A stretch of 64,000 nt of DNA from an uncultured delta proteobacterium. GTDB lineage: Bacteria; Desulfobacterota; Desulfobacteria; Desulfobacterales; SG8-13. A program made the translations under genes and the position numbers. Under the pieces are notes generated by a model that was not told the DNA's origin, did no database searches, and saw only the letters and a program-made list of their open reading frames with translations. Location: the NCBI GenBank assembly GCA_963825595.1, contig CAWGUE010000026.1, forward strand, positions 26,651-90,650, written 5' to 3'. Below, in pieces: positions 9,512 through 20,373 of this stretch; positions within the stretch are counted from its first letter, which is position 1; the number at the start of each line of letters is the position of its first letter.

Positions 9512-9833
9512 TCGATTTCTTCTCCTTGGTTACGGCTATTTTTTTGAATCTCACGGCTTGCGGGGCGTATTCGGCCGATGATTTCAGCGGCCCATCACTT
9601 CCGGCCCGCATGTCCGATTTTGATACCGCGGAAGGTGTAAAAACTGTGTCGGTCGACGTCTTCTGTTTCGCAGGCGGACAGCTGGCGGAATGTTCGATAC
9701 TTAGACAACTTTTCTCCCGGGGAAGATCACGGAATCCGAGTTAAAGAGGCGGTGCGCATGCGGTTTCGGTTGGCTGAAAAACCGGAATCGGGACCTCGCA
9801 ACCCATCCGGCATGCCGTTATAGGTTACTCGGC

Positions 9834-10742
9834 TCAGCGGTTGAAAAGGATCATACCGCCGCAGATGAACACCATGCCGAAGATGTGAAAAATCTTCAGG
9901 GATTCGCCGAGCCACGCAATGGCCAGAATTGACGCGAACACGGGGATCAGATTGATGAATAACCCCGCCCGGTTGGCACCGATCACGGCCACGCCGTGAT
10001 TCCAGCACATGTAAGCGATAATCGACGGAAATGCCGCCACGTATAGGATGCTCGAAACGATATGGATATTGAGCGCCATGGGCGCGCTGTCGGTGGTCTC
10101 CCAGAGGTACAAGGGCAGCAGACCAAGCGTCCCGACACCGAAGGTATAAATGAGAAAACTCATCGGGTGAATCCGTGGTCGCCACCGCAGGAAAGCCGAG
10201 TAAAGGGCATAGATGACAACCGCCACCATCATCAGGATATCGCCTTCGGCGAAATTCAGATTGAAAAATGTGGCAAAGTCACCCCGCAGAACCACCAGAC
10301 CGGCACCGAAAACACACATGGCGACACCGAACAATTGGCGTTTGGTGACCGTCTCTTTGAAGGCGATCAGGGAAATCAATATGATCACGGCCGGCATCGC
10401 GGTTTGAATCAGCGCCCCGTTGATGGCCGTTGTGGTATGCACTGCCGCGTATAGCAGCGTGTTAAAGCAGGTAACCCCCGACAGAGACAAAAACAGGACG
10501 ATCTTCCAGTGCCTGACGACCACGCGCCAGTCCACTACCGCATACCGCCACGCAAACGGAAGCAGAATAGAAAAGGCGACCGTCCAGCGCCAGAAAGCGA
10601 GACTGACGGGTGCAATCATGTCGATCACCCCGCGCGCCAGAACAATATTGCCGGCCCAGCACAGTGGTGCGACCGCCAGAATCAGGTACGGCAGGGCACT
10701 GGTAACAGAGCCTGGTTCACTTTTTGCGTCGGGTGAAATCAT
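9834..10742 (-). CDS. EamA/DMT family transporter
   Basis: About 10 TM helices; WAGN, AFWRW and NLIPVF motifs. Confidence 0.9.
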   Translation of the reverse strand: MISPDAKSEPGSVTSALPYLILAVAPLCWAGNIVLARGVIDMIAPVSLAFWRWTVAFSILLPFAWRYAVVDWRVVVRHWKIVLFLSLSGVTCFNTLLYAAVHTTTAINGALIQTAMPAVIILISLIAFKETVTKRQLFGVAMCVFGAGLVVLRGDFATFFNLNFAEGDILMMVAVVIYALYSAFLRWRPRIHPMSFLIYTFGVGTLGLLPLYLWETTDSAPMALNIHIVSSILYVAAFPSIIAYMCWNHGVAVIGANRAGLFINLIPVFASILAIAWLGESLKIFHIFGMVFICGGMILFNR

Positions 10743-10808
10743 TAAGTTTACTCTAAGTCATTATTTAATCGAGCGTTTCAATTTCTGTAAGTCGAATATC
10801 TCGTGGTT

Positions 10809-10870
10809 TTCAAAAAACGTGCCGTTGTTCGAACGGTTTTTAAAAAGCCACTTATACCGCACTTCCTTGT
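10809..10870 (-). promoter_or_regulatory. Upstream element shared with the cupin gene; includes a sigma54-like -24/-12 sequence
   Basis: Minus strand CGGCACGTTTTTTGAA (GG-N10-GA); CACTTATACCGCA at 10849-10861 is identical to 26556-26568. Confidence 0.5.
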
Positions 10871-10924
10871 TTCAGAATTTATTTTTTTAATGCGGTAACC
10901 GATTCATCAACATCCGAGCCGGCA

Positions 10925-12464
10925 TTATTGTAGGGTATTTTCAACCGGCCTATCGGGGTCGGGTTCGATGCCGGCCATCAGGGGTCCGATGCGCGCGATT
11001 TCCTCTGAGTCATCACTGTCGATGACATCCATTATGCGGCCCCCGAAAAGAACCGCAATGCGATCCGACAGGGCCAGCGCCTCGTTCAGGTCACCGGTAA
11101 CGAGCAATACGCCGGCCCGCTCCCGCGCTTTGAGCAGCACCTGCCAGATGTCTTCGGTGGCGCCGATGTCGAGCCCCTGGGTCGGCTGTTCGGCCACGAT
11201 CAGGCGGGGTCGGCGGTAGAATTCCCTCGCCAGCACCATTTTTTGAAGATTGCCGCCTGAAAGATGCCGGGCCAGCGCCAGGGGCTCGGGCGGCTGGACA
11301 TCGAATTCGGCGATCAACTCCCGGGTTTTTCTATGGGCTTTGCGGAGCTGCAGCCAGGGACCCCGTGAAAATCCCTGGCGGGTGGTGAGCAGGAAATTCT
11401 CCACCAGGTTCATATCGAGGCAGGTGGCCAGACCACGTCGGTCCTCGGGAATATAGATCAGATTGCCGTCCCAGCTGTGCCGGGCATAGAACTGTTCCCA
11501 GGATCGCCCGAGAATGTTGACCGTGCCGTTCGCCGGCCGCAGCAGCCCGCAAACGGTTTCCACCAGGGGCTTCTGACCGTTGCCGGCCACGCCGACCACT
11601 GCCAGGATCTCCCCCTGCCGCACCTGAAGATCGATATCATCGAGACCGTTGCCGCTCAACCCGCTGATCCGCAAAACCATCTGGCGCGCCTCGATCGGCT
11701 GTTTTTTTACCTGCAGCACAACTTCCCGGCCGACCATCCTCATCGCCAGATCCGCCTTCGAACCCACCTCTCCCGCCGCCATTTCCGCCACCACCGCGCC
11801 TTTGCGCAGGATGGCAATGTCGTCGGCCAGGGCCATGACTTCGTCGAGTTTGTGACTGATGAAAACGATGGCCTTGCTCCTGGGTTGCCATCTGCCGCAG
11901 GGCATCAAACAACTGCTCGATTTCAGGAGGCGTGAGCACGGCGGTGGGTTCGTCAAAAATCAGCACGCGGCTCTGGCGGTATAGCAGCTTCAATATCTCC
12001 ACCCGCTGCCGTTCCCCCATGGACAGTTCGGAAACACGGGCCGATGGATCGATCCCCAAACTGTAACGCCGCGACAGGTCCGTTACCTGCTGCCGCATCT
12101 TACTGGGAGACAACCAGATGCCTTCCGATTGTCCCAGAAACACGTTTTCCGCAACGGTCATGGCTTCCACCAACATAAAGTGCTGGTACACCATTCCGAT
12201 CCCGGCGCTGTGGGCCGCCTGGGTGGTGTGATTCGATGTTTCGGTCCCGTCAATCAGGATGCGTCCGCTGTCGGGTTGCAGCCGGCCGGACAAAATACTC
12301 ATCAGGGTGCTTTTCCCGGCACCGTTTTCTCCCAGGAGCGCCTTGATCCGCCCGACGTGGATATCGAGGGTGATTTCCCGGTTGGCCTTGACCGGTCCGA
12401 AGGCCTTGCTGATATGTTCCAGCCTGATTATCGGGGGGAGCCTATGACCCATGTCGATGCTCAC
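10925..12464 (-). CDS. Nucleoside/sugar ABC transporter ATP-binding protein (two NBDs), frameshifted near 11878
   Basis: GENGAGKS and FDEPT in the upstream frame; [14 protein letters not shown] in the next frame; deleting one A restores ...[12 protein letters not shown]. Confidence 0.88.
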
Positions 12465-12946
12465 TTCCTGTCCACGAGCGGCTGAATGAACTGAGATTCG
12501 GCGTCCCAGGGAAAAAGGATCCAGGTGTCCTGGCTGACTTCGGTAATGAACGTGTCCACCAGAGGCCTGCCCTTGGGTTTAGCGTATACGGTGGCAAAGT
12601 GGGCTTTGGGCAGCATATCGCGCACGGTCCGGGCCGTTTTGCCGGTATCGACCAGGTCGTCGATCAGCAACCAGCCGTCCCCGTCCATATCGAGGGCCTT
12701 CAGGACTTCCACTTCACCTTGGTGGTCCTGCCAGTCGTAACTGTTGACACACACCGTATCGACCAGGCGGATATCCAGTTCGCGGGCAATGATCGCGGCC
12801 GGCACCATACCGCCTCGGGTAATGGCGATGATACCCGTGAAATAATTATGCCCCAGCAACCGCCAGGCCAGGGCTCGGGAATCCCGGTGAAGCTGCTCCC
12901 AGGATACGGGAAACGTCCGCTTGTAGTCTTTTTTGCTGTCGATCAT
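12461..12946 (-). CDS. gpt: Xanthine-guanine phosphoribosyltransferase
   Basis: [21 protein letters not shown] motif and [11 protein letters not shown]. Confidence 0.92.
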   Translation of the reverse strand: MIDSKKDYKRTFPVSWEQLHRDSRALAWRLLGHNYFTGIIAITRGGMVPAAIIARELDIRLVDTVCVNSYDWQDHQGEVEVLKALDMDGDGWLLIDDLVDTGKTARTVRDMLPKAHFATVYAKPKGRPLVDTFITEVSQDTWILFPWDAESQFIQPLVDRK

Positions 12947-13132
12947 AAGCTTACTCCCAAGTGATAGGTGGGGCGGGCCGAGTTTTTGATTATCGTAGAA
13001 CGGGCCGGCGAGCCTTAAAACGATATCTCGGTGCCCCGGGGTAAATATGAAATTCTCATGGAACAAATTGAACCATCGGAACGCATTTCTAAAAACCGAC
13101 ACAAGCCTCCAAGCACATGCAACCTTTTCGGG

Positions 13133-14053
13133 CTAGTCGGCCGGCTCGATATTGATCCCCAGTGCAGCGGGGGCTTCGTCGCCCCGTCCTTTCCAGGACG
13201 AAAAGACCAGCACAGCGATGGTCAGGGCATAGGGCAGCATCAGCAGCAGCGATGAGGGCAGGTGCGTTCCGCTGGCCTGTAGCCGAAACTGAAAGGCCAT
13301 CACCCCGCCGAAAAGATAGGCACCCAGCATTGCCCGCCAGGGCTGCCAGAAAGAAAATATCACCAGGGCCACCGCTATCCAGCCGCGACCTGAAGTCAGG
13401 CCGTTGGTCCACAGGTGAGTGTAGGCCAGTGACAGATAGGCTCCGCCGAAACCCATCAACCACCCCCCGGCCAGAACACCGATCCAGCGATAACCTCTGA
13501 CGGGAAGACCGGCCGCCTGCGCCGCCTCGGGGTGTTCACCGACCGACCGCAGCCCGAGGCCCCAGCGGGTATAGCGCAAATAAAGCCACAGTATGGGGGG
13601 GACAAGGTAGGACGTGTAGACCAGGGGATCGTGATGAAAAAAAATCGGTCCCAACAGGGGAATCTTGGAGAGAAAGGGCAAGGCAACGGCTTTGAATCCC
13701 GGCGCCGCCTGTCCAACGTAAGGTGTGCCCAGGTAATTGGCCAGCCCGGTGCCCAGGATCGTCAACGCCAGGCCCGATACCACCTGATTGCCCTGAAATC
13801 CAAGGCACACCAGTCCGTGAATACCGGCCAGAAAGGCGCCGAAAAGCCCCCCGGCCAGAAAACCATACATTGGATTGCCCGTGAACTTGGCGGTTAAAAA
13901 CGCCGCCAGGGCACCCACGAGCATGATCCCCTCGACCCCCAGGTTCAGAATGCCCGAACGCTCGGTGAGAATTTCCCCCAATGTGGCAAACAATATCGGC
14001 GTACCGGATTGAATCGCCGCTGCAAGCAGGGGTACAAGAAAGTCCGTACTCAT
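13133..14053 (-). CDS. ABC transporter permease (nucleoside/BMP type)
   Basis: GEILTERSGILNLGVEG, GRGWIAVALV and MLPY motifs. Confidence 0.92.
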   Translation of the reverse strand: MSTDFLVPLLAAAIQSGTPILFATLGEILTERSGILNLGVEGIMLVGALAAFLTAKFTGNPMYGFLAGGLFGAFLAGIHGLVCLGFQGNQVVSGLALTILGTGLANYLGTPYVGQAAPGFKAVALPFLSKIPLLGPIFFHHDPLVYTSYLVPPILWLYLRYTRWGLGLRSVGEHPEAAQAAGLPVRGYRWIGVLAGGWLMGFGGAYLSLAYTHLWTNGLTSGRGWIAVALVIFSFWQPWRAMLGAYLFGGVMAFQFRLQASGTHLPSSLLLMLPYALTIAVLVFSSWKGRGDEAPAALGINIEPAD

Positions 14054-15114
14054 CGCCCCCTCCTCAATTGAATGCGATACCGAATGATGAATCCGCTGGC
14101 CAGAACGGTCATCAGAATAAGGCCTTCCATTATTTCCCCGAAAGCGGCCGGTACCTGCAAATCGAGTTGCAATGATTCCAGACCGACCCGCAGTCCGGCC
14201 AGAAGAAACGAGGCCAGAGCAATCGCCAACGGATTGAGACGAGCCAACCACGCCACCACAATGGCCGTGTAACCGTAGCCGACCATGATGCTTGGCTGCA
14301 ATCGATTCACATTGGCGGATGCCTCCAGGAAACCGGCCCATCCCGCCAGCATGCCGCTCAGGACCATCACCAGGATCACCAGTCGCTGATAAGAAAGTCG
14401 CGCGTAACGCGCGGCGCGGGGATTCTCGCCGCTGGCCTTGAGTTCGAATCCCAGCCGGGTGAAACGGAAAAAGACCCACACCCCCACTCCGGCGACCACG
14501 CAGACGAGGATTCCCCAACTCAGGCGCGTGCTTCCGATCATCCCCACCACCGCTCCTGTCGTGAACTCCCTGGTCATGGGAAAACCGAAGCTGTCAGGAT
14601 CTTTCCAGGGACCGTAAACCAGGTAGTCCAAATAAAGGATGGCGATGTAGTTGAGCATCAGGGAGACGATAATCTCGTTGGCCCGCAGCCGGACTTTCAA
14701 GAGCGCCGGCACAAGACCCCAGACACCACCGGCAAGTGACGCCCCGATCAGCATGGCCGGTAAAAGAACATACCCGGGAAGATCCGGAAATCTCAGGGCC
14801 ACCCACGTGGCCCCAACCGCACCCAGGGCAAATTGTCCTTCGGCGCCGATATTCCAGACCTGCAAGCGAAAGGCAATTGCCACGCCCAGAGAACACAGGA
14901 AAATCGGCACGGATTTGATCAGGCAATCCTCAATGGCCCAGGCGGAGAAGAAGGCACTCTTGATGAGCAGGTTCATGGCATTGACGGCCGGTCGGCCCTG
15001 TACCACCAGCAGTAGACTGCAGACGCCCATTGAAAAGGCAACGGCTGCCAGAAAAACAAGAAAGGAGCCCCATCTAAGAGGCTCCCGCCTTTTATAAACG
15101 CGCAAACCGATCAT
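14050..15114 (-). CDS. ABC transporter permease (nucleoside/BMP type)
   Basis: WNIGAEGQ, NEIIVSLMLNY and GYGYTAIVVAWLA motifs. Confidence 0.92.
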   Translation of the reverse strand: MIGLRVYKRREPLRWGSFLVFLAAVAFSMGVCSLLLVVQGRPAVNAMNLLIKSAFFSAWAIEDCLIKSVPIFLCSLGVAIAFRLQVWNIGAEGQFALGAVGATWVALRFPDLPGYVLLPAMLIGASLAGGVWGLVPALLKVRLRANEIIVSLMLNYIAILYLDYLVYGPWKDPDSFGFPMTREFTTGAVVGMIGSTRLSWGILVCVVAGVGVWVFFRFTRLGFELKASGENPRAARYARLSYQRLVILVMVLSGMLAGWAGFLEASANVNRLQPSIMVGYGYTAIVVAWLARLNPLAIALASFLLAGLRVGLESLQLDLQVPAAFGEIMEGLILMTVLASGFIIRYRIQLRRGR

Positions 15115-15233
15115 CGCATAGCCCTTGCAGAGCCAAGAGTTTCAATCGTCTGGCACAATTTTTTTCGGCTCGACACCCCAGCCATTCCGATTTATGAACC
15201 GGAACAAACGTTTCCCCTTAATGGGGCAGGCGC

Positions 15234-16292
15234 TTACTCCAGGGTGCCGCTAACGCCCTCAACGAAATACTTCATGTTCAAAAGTTCTTCGTCCGTCGCG
15301 ACCTTGCCATCCGGAACCTGAATATTGCCCTTTTGATCCTTGACCGGCCCGGTAAAAAGAGTTGCCGATCCATCGATGATGGCCGCTTTTTTGGCATTCA
15401 CTTTTTGGCGGACCGCCTCGGGCACCATCGGCCCAAAAGGTGCCAGATCCACCATTCCCTCTTTCATACCCCACCAGACCGAAGCGCTCTTCCAGGTGCC
15501 GTTTCGGACCTGTTCGACGGTGCGGGTATAGAAGGGAGCCCAGTTCCAGATCGGGGCGGTGAGGTGGGCTTTAGGAGCAAACATCGACATGTCGGTATTG
15601 TAGCCAATGGAATACACCCCCTTGTCCTGGGCCGCTTCCTGGGGTCCGGGAGAGTCCTGGTGCTGAGCGATCACATCGGCACCGACATCCAGCAGGCTTT
15701 TGGCGGCCTCCTTTTCAGTGGCCGGGTCGTACCAGGTCTTGGTCCAAACCACGCGCACCTGAATCTTGGGATTGACCTCCTGGGCACCAAGGGTGAAGGC
15801 ATTGATCCCGCGGATCACTTCGGGGATGGGGAATGCCGCCACGTACCCCAGGATGTTCGATTGGGTCATCGCGCCGGCCACCATTCCGGACAGGTAGCGC
15901 GCCTGGTACATCCGTCCGAAGTAATTGCCCATATTGGGGGCTGTTTTGAAACCGGAGCAATGCTCGAATACCACATCCGGAAACTGTTTGGCCACTTTCA
16001 GCATGGGATCCATGTAACCGAAACTGGTGGCGAAGATGACCTTGTATCCTTTGCGGGCCATGTTGAGCATGACCCGCTCCGAGTCCGGCCCTTCGGCGAC
16101 GGCCTCGACGTAGGATGTGGTGACACCGGCCATTTCTTCGACAGACTTGCGCCCCTGGTCATGGGCAAACGACCAGCCGGCATCGCCGATGGGGGAGACG
16201 TAGATAAAGCCCACCTTCATATCTTCCCCGGCTGCAAACCCTATAGAACTGCAAAGAACCAGAGACAGAAATACAATGGCTATTTTGTGCAC
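15234..16292 (-). CDS. BMP-family ABC substrate-binding protein (purine nucleoside type)
   Basis: GFIYVSPIGDAGWS.AHD.GR, TSFGYMD and PIPEVIRGINAF; GTG start after GGAGG. Confidence 0.92.
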   Translation of the reverse strand: MHKIAIVFLSLVLCSSIGFAAGEDMKVGFIYVSPIGDAGWSFAHDQGRKSVEEMAGVTTSYVEAVAEGPDSERVMLNMARKGYKVIFATSFGYMDPMLKVAKQFPDVVFEHCSGFKTAPNMGNYFGRMYQARYLSGMVAGAMTQSNILGYVAAFPIPEVIRGINAFTLGAQEVNPKIQVRVVWTKTWYDPATEKEAAKSLLDVGADVIAQHQDSPGPQEAAQDKGVYSIGYNTDMSMFAPKAHLTAPIWNWAPFYTRTVEQVRNGTWKSASVWWGMKEGMVDLAPFGPMVPEAVRQKVNAKKAAIIDGSATLFTGPVKDQKGNIQVPDGKVATDEELLNMKYFVEGVSGTLE

Positions 16293-16484
16293 GATCGTTC
16301 CTCCATTTCGTTGTTTGAATGCCACAAATTAATTTAATGAAACATTGCTGTCATGGGTTTCCATTCTGATACGGCGCTGCTTCATCCATATGGCGTCGAA
16401 ACCAGATGAGGATTTTCTATCGTCGAATACTACGGATACTTATTATGCAACTGCCGGTGAAACGAATTAAAACCGCTATTGCCT

Positions 16485-17009
16485 CTACACAGCCGCCTGC
16501 GCGGAAATGTTACCGTCCTGCGCCCGCCATAAGGCCGCAATGGCTCCGGTGGCAGACTTGGCGACAATTTCGCCGAAGATGATGGCCACCAGCATCCCCG
16601 GTTTGAAAACGCCGGCAAAGGCAATCACATTGAACAGCAGGCTGTCCAGGGGAATGCTGATCAGGTTGGAGCCGATCACCCGCTGCATCCAGGTTCGGTG
16701 CAGAAGTTTCTGGTAAATCTCCGTGTCTGCGGTTTCGCTCAATGCAATGGCGATGAAAGATGCGGCAATGATCCGCCACTCGACGCCGAGGAAAATGGAT
16801 TCCATCACCATCCCGGCGGCCGCGATGAAAATCATGAGGTAAACCGGCTTGCGGCCATAGCGGTGGACGCGGTCGCGTTGGGTAAAGGTGACGCCGAAAA
16901 CAAGTGTCCCCACGGACACCATGCCGAAGATCGGCAAGGGAATGAACCAGGTCGCCGTGTAGTTGGCAATCAAAACGGCAAGAATGTATATCGTCATGGA
17001 CAGGACCAT
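16485..17009 (-). CDS. VUT family (YhhQ-like) transporter, possible queuosine-precursor uptake
   Basis: ANYT...GVTFTQRD..H, RIIAASF...SE..D..IY and SN.IS.PLDS..F. Confidence 0.8.
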   Translation of the reverse strand: MVLSMTIYILAVLIANYTATWFIPLPIFGMVSVGTLVFGVTFTQRDRVHRYGRKPVYLMIFIAAAGMVMESIFLGVEWRIIAASFIAIALSETADTEIYQKLLHRTWMQRVIGSNLISIPLDSLLFNVIAFAGVFKPGMLVAIIFGEIVAKSATGAIAALWRAQDGNISAQAAV

Positions 17010-17115
17010 CAGGGCGCTCCGGTAGGAAGGTCTAATTGAAAAAATTGCCCGGTGAACTCTGGCGTCATAACGGATCGCACCGAAAAAAGCAATTTCTCTA
17101 TTGTCACTCCGGTGT

Positions 17116-17901
17116 TTACTTCTCTTTCCAATCGGGCTGTCGTCTTTCGAGAAAGGCCGTGACGCCCTCCTTGGCATCATCGGTGGAACATAGGCGTGCA
17201 AAAGCTTCGTTCATGTAGTCGAAAGATCGGTTATAATCCATATCGGCGACAGCGTAAAAGGCCTGTTTGGCGATCTGCATGGCCACCGGACTCTTTTTGG
17301 CCAAACGCGCAGCCCATCTCCGGGTTTCTCCGTCCAGGTCGTCCGCCGGCACAACTTTATTCACCAAACCCATCTCGAGGGCATCCTTGGCCTTTACCAG
17401 TTCACCGAAAAAGAGCATTTCGAGCGCGCGCTTGCGACCCACCGAACGCGAAACCGGGATGACCGGGCCGACACAATTCAGACCGACGTTTATGGCCGTC
17501 AGGCCGATGCGGGCGTTCTCCGCAGCGACAGCCAAGTCGGCGGCAGCGACCAGGCCGGCCCCATTGGCCGCTGCAACGCCATGAACCTGGGCGATGACCG
17601 GTTTGCGCATCTGGCTGATGGTGAACAGCGGCTTTTCCATCAGCTCGACCCAGGCGCGATATTCCATGGTGGTCTTATCGAAAAATTCTTTGATGTCGAT
17701 GCCGGCGCAGAAAGCCTTGCCCTGGCCTCTGATGACAATGACGCGCACGCGTGTTTCGCGGTCCAGTTCTGCAAACGCGTCGACCAGTTCGCGGGCCAGC
17801 GGGGTATTGAATGTGTTGAGATGTTCCGGCCGATTGAGTGTCACCGCGGCAACAAAATCGTCGCCGATCTCGACCAATAGGTTGTCATAATTCATGATCA
17901 T
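17116..17901 (-). CDS. Enoyl-CoA hydratase/isomerase family protein
   Basis: LNRP..LN, AFCAGID, KPVIAQVHG and DAKEGVTAFLERR. Confidence 0.92.
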   Translation of the reverse strand: MIMNYDNLLVEIGDDFVAAVTLNRPEHLNTFNTPLARELVDAFAELDRETRVRVIVIRGQGKAFCAGIDIKEFFDKTTMEYRAWVELMEKPLFTISQMRKPVIAQVHGVAAANGAGLVAAADLAVAAENARIGLTAINVGLNCVGPVIPVSRSVGRKRALEMLFFGELVKAKDALEMGLVNKVVPADDLDGETRRWAARLAKKSPVAMQIAKQAFYAVADMDYNRSFDYMNEAFARLCSTDDAKEGVTAFLERRQPDWKEK

Positions 17902-18400
17902 CTCCTTTTACCCATGATTACGATTGGTTGTAAAGTCAGACAATAAATTGATCGCCGCCACAGACAAAACCCTGCGTAACGATCGCCGACGGGAATGTTC
18001 CGTACCTACCCGAAGACGACCCAAAGGACAACCCCATTTCTCCGGTTCGGCTTCAAGGTGTCCCCGGAAACCGAAGTTATGGTCTCCGCCGGTTGGCGCG
18101 GGCGCTCTCAGCTTATCGATTCGGACGATGGATGAGACCTGGTAAACTAACAGGTGGTCTCTTCCCGAGCCAAAAAACGGGCACGATTAACGACCGGTAC
18201 CTGGCCAGAAACTGGGTTATTTTACCCACTCTGACTGTGTCAAACCACCCCATATTCCATCACCCGATCGTCCCCTGTCGACGCCAATCTATTTTGTAAC
18301 TATTCGGAATTAATATAAATAATTAAATAAATCGTGCCATTGGCACACTCTGTGATTGGAAAGGGTATAATCTCGATTCGAATGGTTCTCCGACACTGGG

Positions 18401-18838
18401 ATGCAAGGCGCAATTATGGGAAAAATTGATTACTATCGAAACCTGGCCGGTTTCAATATCCTCATGGTGGAAAACGGAATTTTTATCTGTGACACCCTGG
18501 CAGCCGTATTCAGAAGCCTTGACTGTTCCGTGGTTGTGGCGGATTCAGCGCTGAATGGAATCGAGTGCCTGAACACCGACAGCTTCGATATCGTTATCAG
18601 CGATATGGCGCTGCCCGGAATGGATGGTCTGGAATTTTTCAAGTATGTTCTGTCGCTATGTCCCCAGTCACTCAAAATCCTCATTGTCGGATATGGCGAC
18701 ATCGACCCCCTGAGTGCCGCCCTGAGCGCCGGGGTGGACGAAATCGTCGAGAAACCGTTCCCCGTAACCGAGCTGCTCGACCGGATCGTAACCAACTTTA
18801 ACGAATACATCTGCCAACAACCGAAACGATCGATTTAA
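18401..18838 (+). CDS. Single-domain response regulator
   Basis: DIVISDMALPGMDG and KPF receiver motifs. Confidence 0.85.
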   Translation: MQGAIMGKIDYYRNLAGFNILMVENGIFICDTLAAVFRSLDCSVVVADSALNGIECLNTDSFDIVISDMALPGMDGLEFFKYVLSLCPQSLKILIVGYGDIDPLSAALSAGVDEIVEKPFPVTELLDRIVTNFNEYICQQPKRSI

Positions 18839-18995
18839 TCGTATAATTTCAATACCCTGTATAATCCGAAAAAGCCTGCCTTGATAAACCCTTCGATCGT
18901 GCGCACCTTTTTCTCGTAAACCTTTTGGGCGATTCAAGCGTCTTAAATTAACAGAATCCGATAGTCATCGGGTCAAATCGAGCAAGGAGGGTCGT

Positions 18996-19499
18996 ATGAA
19001 AAAGCTCGCCGGTTTGGTTCTGTTGATCTTCATATCCCTTACGCTGGTTCTTGTCGCCCCTCTGCCAAGTTCCGCCGCTGGACGCTCCCATGGTTATGGC
19101 GGCGGTAAACACGGCGGAGGAAATCACGGCTACAGGGGCGGCCGCGGCCACCGCGGGTATCATGGCTATAAACGCGTAAATGGTTACCGAGGGTATCGCG
19201 GCTACAGGCGCGGGCATGGCGGCTGGGGCTATCACCGCCGCGCGTGGGGTCCCCGGTGGGGAGTTAATTTTAACTGGAGCGGACCGCTATGGTGGGGTCC
19301 GTGGTATCCGTCATTCGGCTATTACTCTGCGCCGCCTGTTATCGTCCAGCAGCAACCCCCTGTGTACGTTCAACCGGAGCAACAGCAGACAGATTACTGG
19401 TATTATTGCCAGAACCCCCAGGGATATTATCCTTACATCAAAAGTTGTCCCGGCGGCTGGATGCAAGTAGTACCCGAGACGACACCACCCAACCCTTGA
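18996..19499 (+). CDS. Exported Gly/Arg/Tyr/Pro-rich protein
   Basis: Signal peptide, GYRG/GH low-complexity tract, C-terminal YWYYC...GYYPY..C.GGW; AAGGAGG RBS. Confidence 0.8.
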   Translation: MKKLAGLVLLIFISLTLVLVAPLPSSAAGRSHGYGGGKHGGGNHGYRGGRGHRGYHGYKRVNGYRGYRGYRRGHGGWGYHRRAWGPRWGVNFNWSGPLWWGPWYPSFGYYSAPPVIVQQQPPVYVQPEQQQTDYWYYCQNPQGYYPYIKSCPGGWMQVVPETTPPNP

Positions 19500-19514
19500 T
19501 GGAGGTCCGTAAAA

Positions 19515-20102
19515 ATGAACAGGGGTCGCATATTCGCATTTGGTCTGGTCCTCTTGACACTGAACGCCTGTGCAACGATACCGAACGGTCCGAGTGTCAT
19601 GGTTTTGCCAAATCCGGGAAAGTCCTTTGCGGTTTTCCAGTCCGAGGACCTTTCCTGCCGGAATTGGGCATCGCTGCAGACGGGACTCGCACCGGGTGAT
19701 GCCGTCAATCGCAACCTTGTCAGCGGAGCGGCGATCGGAACTTTGATGGGCGCCGGCCTGGGAGCGGCGATTGGCGCGGCTTCCGGCAATGCGGGTGCGG
19801 GCGCCGCAATCGGCGCCGGGTCCGGTCTCATCGGGGGCACGGCCGTAGCGAGCGGCCCGGCCTACGCCAGCGGTTGGGAATTCCAGCGGCGCTACGACAT
19901 TGCCTATCAGCAGTGCATGTACGCAAAGGGAAACCAGCTGCCGGGAGCCATGCGGGCATCGCGACGATCATACGTACCGCCGCCACCGCCACCACCGGGC
20001 TACTCTAACAGCCCATCCTATCCACCGCCGCCAGCAGGCGCTTATAAAACACCCTCCTATCCCCCACCCGGTACGCCGCCGCCAACGCTGTACCCGCAAT
20101 AG
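19515..20102 (+). CDS. Glycine-zipper lipoprotein with Pro-rich tail
   Basis: LNAC lipobox, GAAIG repeats, QRRYD.AY.QCM..KG. Confidence 0.85.
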   Translation: MNRGRIFAFGLVLLTLNACATIPNGPSVMVLPNPGKSFAVFQSEDLSCRNWASLQTGLAPGDAVNRNLVSGAAIGTLMGAGLGAAIGAASGNAGAGAAIGAGSGLIGGTAVASGPAYASGWEFQRRYDIAYQQCMYAKGNQLPGAMRASRRSYVPPPPPPPGYSNSPSYPPPPAGAYKTPSYPPPGTPPPTLYPQ

Positions 20103-20373
20103 GTGAGCCTTTAGAGGAAGAAACAAGGGACCGGCCGCGATTCCTTTGGGAAGAAGAGCAGCGTCCGTTTGACGACAGGGGCCGGAAACGGCTCCTTATT
20201 ATCTCCACCTTCCTTGTGTCGATTCCCAATGTCGCAACGCCGCCACTCTGGGGAAGAGAGTGTCGCAGATACGTCCCGATATCTACCCTCCCGCCCGTTT
20301 TCCGCCAATCTTGACACCTTGCCGGCTTTGAGACATAGTTCGAAGACTCATTTCCTGAGCAAAGGGGCACGTT

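Noticed and set aside
15333..16337. Long antisense ORFs (for example 334 aa here, also 32083 and 46063)
   Set aside because: Shadows of well-supported genes on the opposite strand in GC-rich DNA
16295..16480. Purine or preQ1 riboswitch upstream of the BMP gene
   Set aside because: No recognisable aptamer consensus
18334..18356. GTGCCATTGGCAC palindrome and TGGCAC-type sigma54 promoter
   Set aside because: The -12 element is poor (TGTGA); insufficient support
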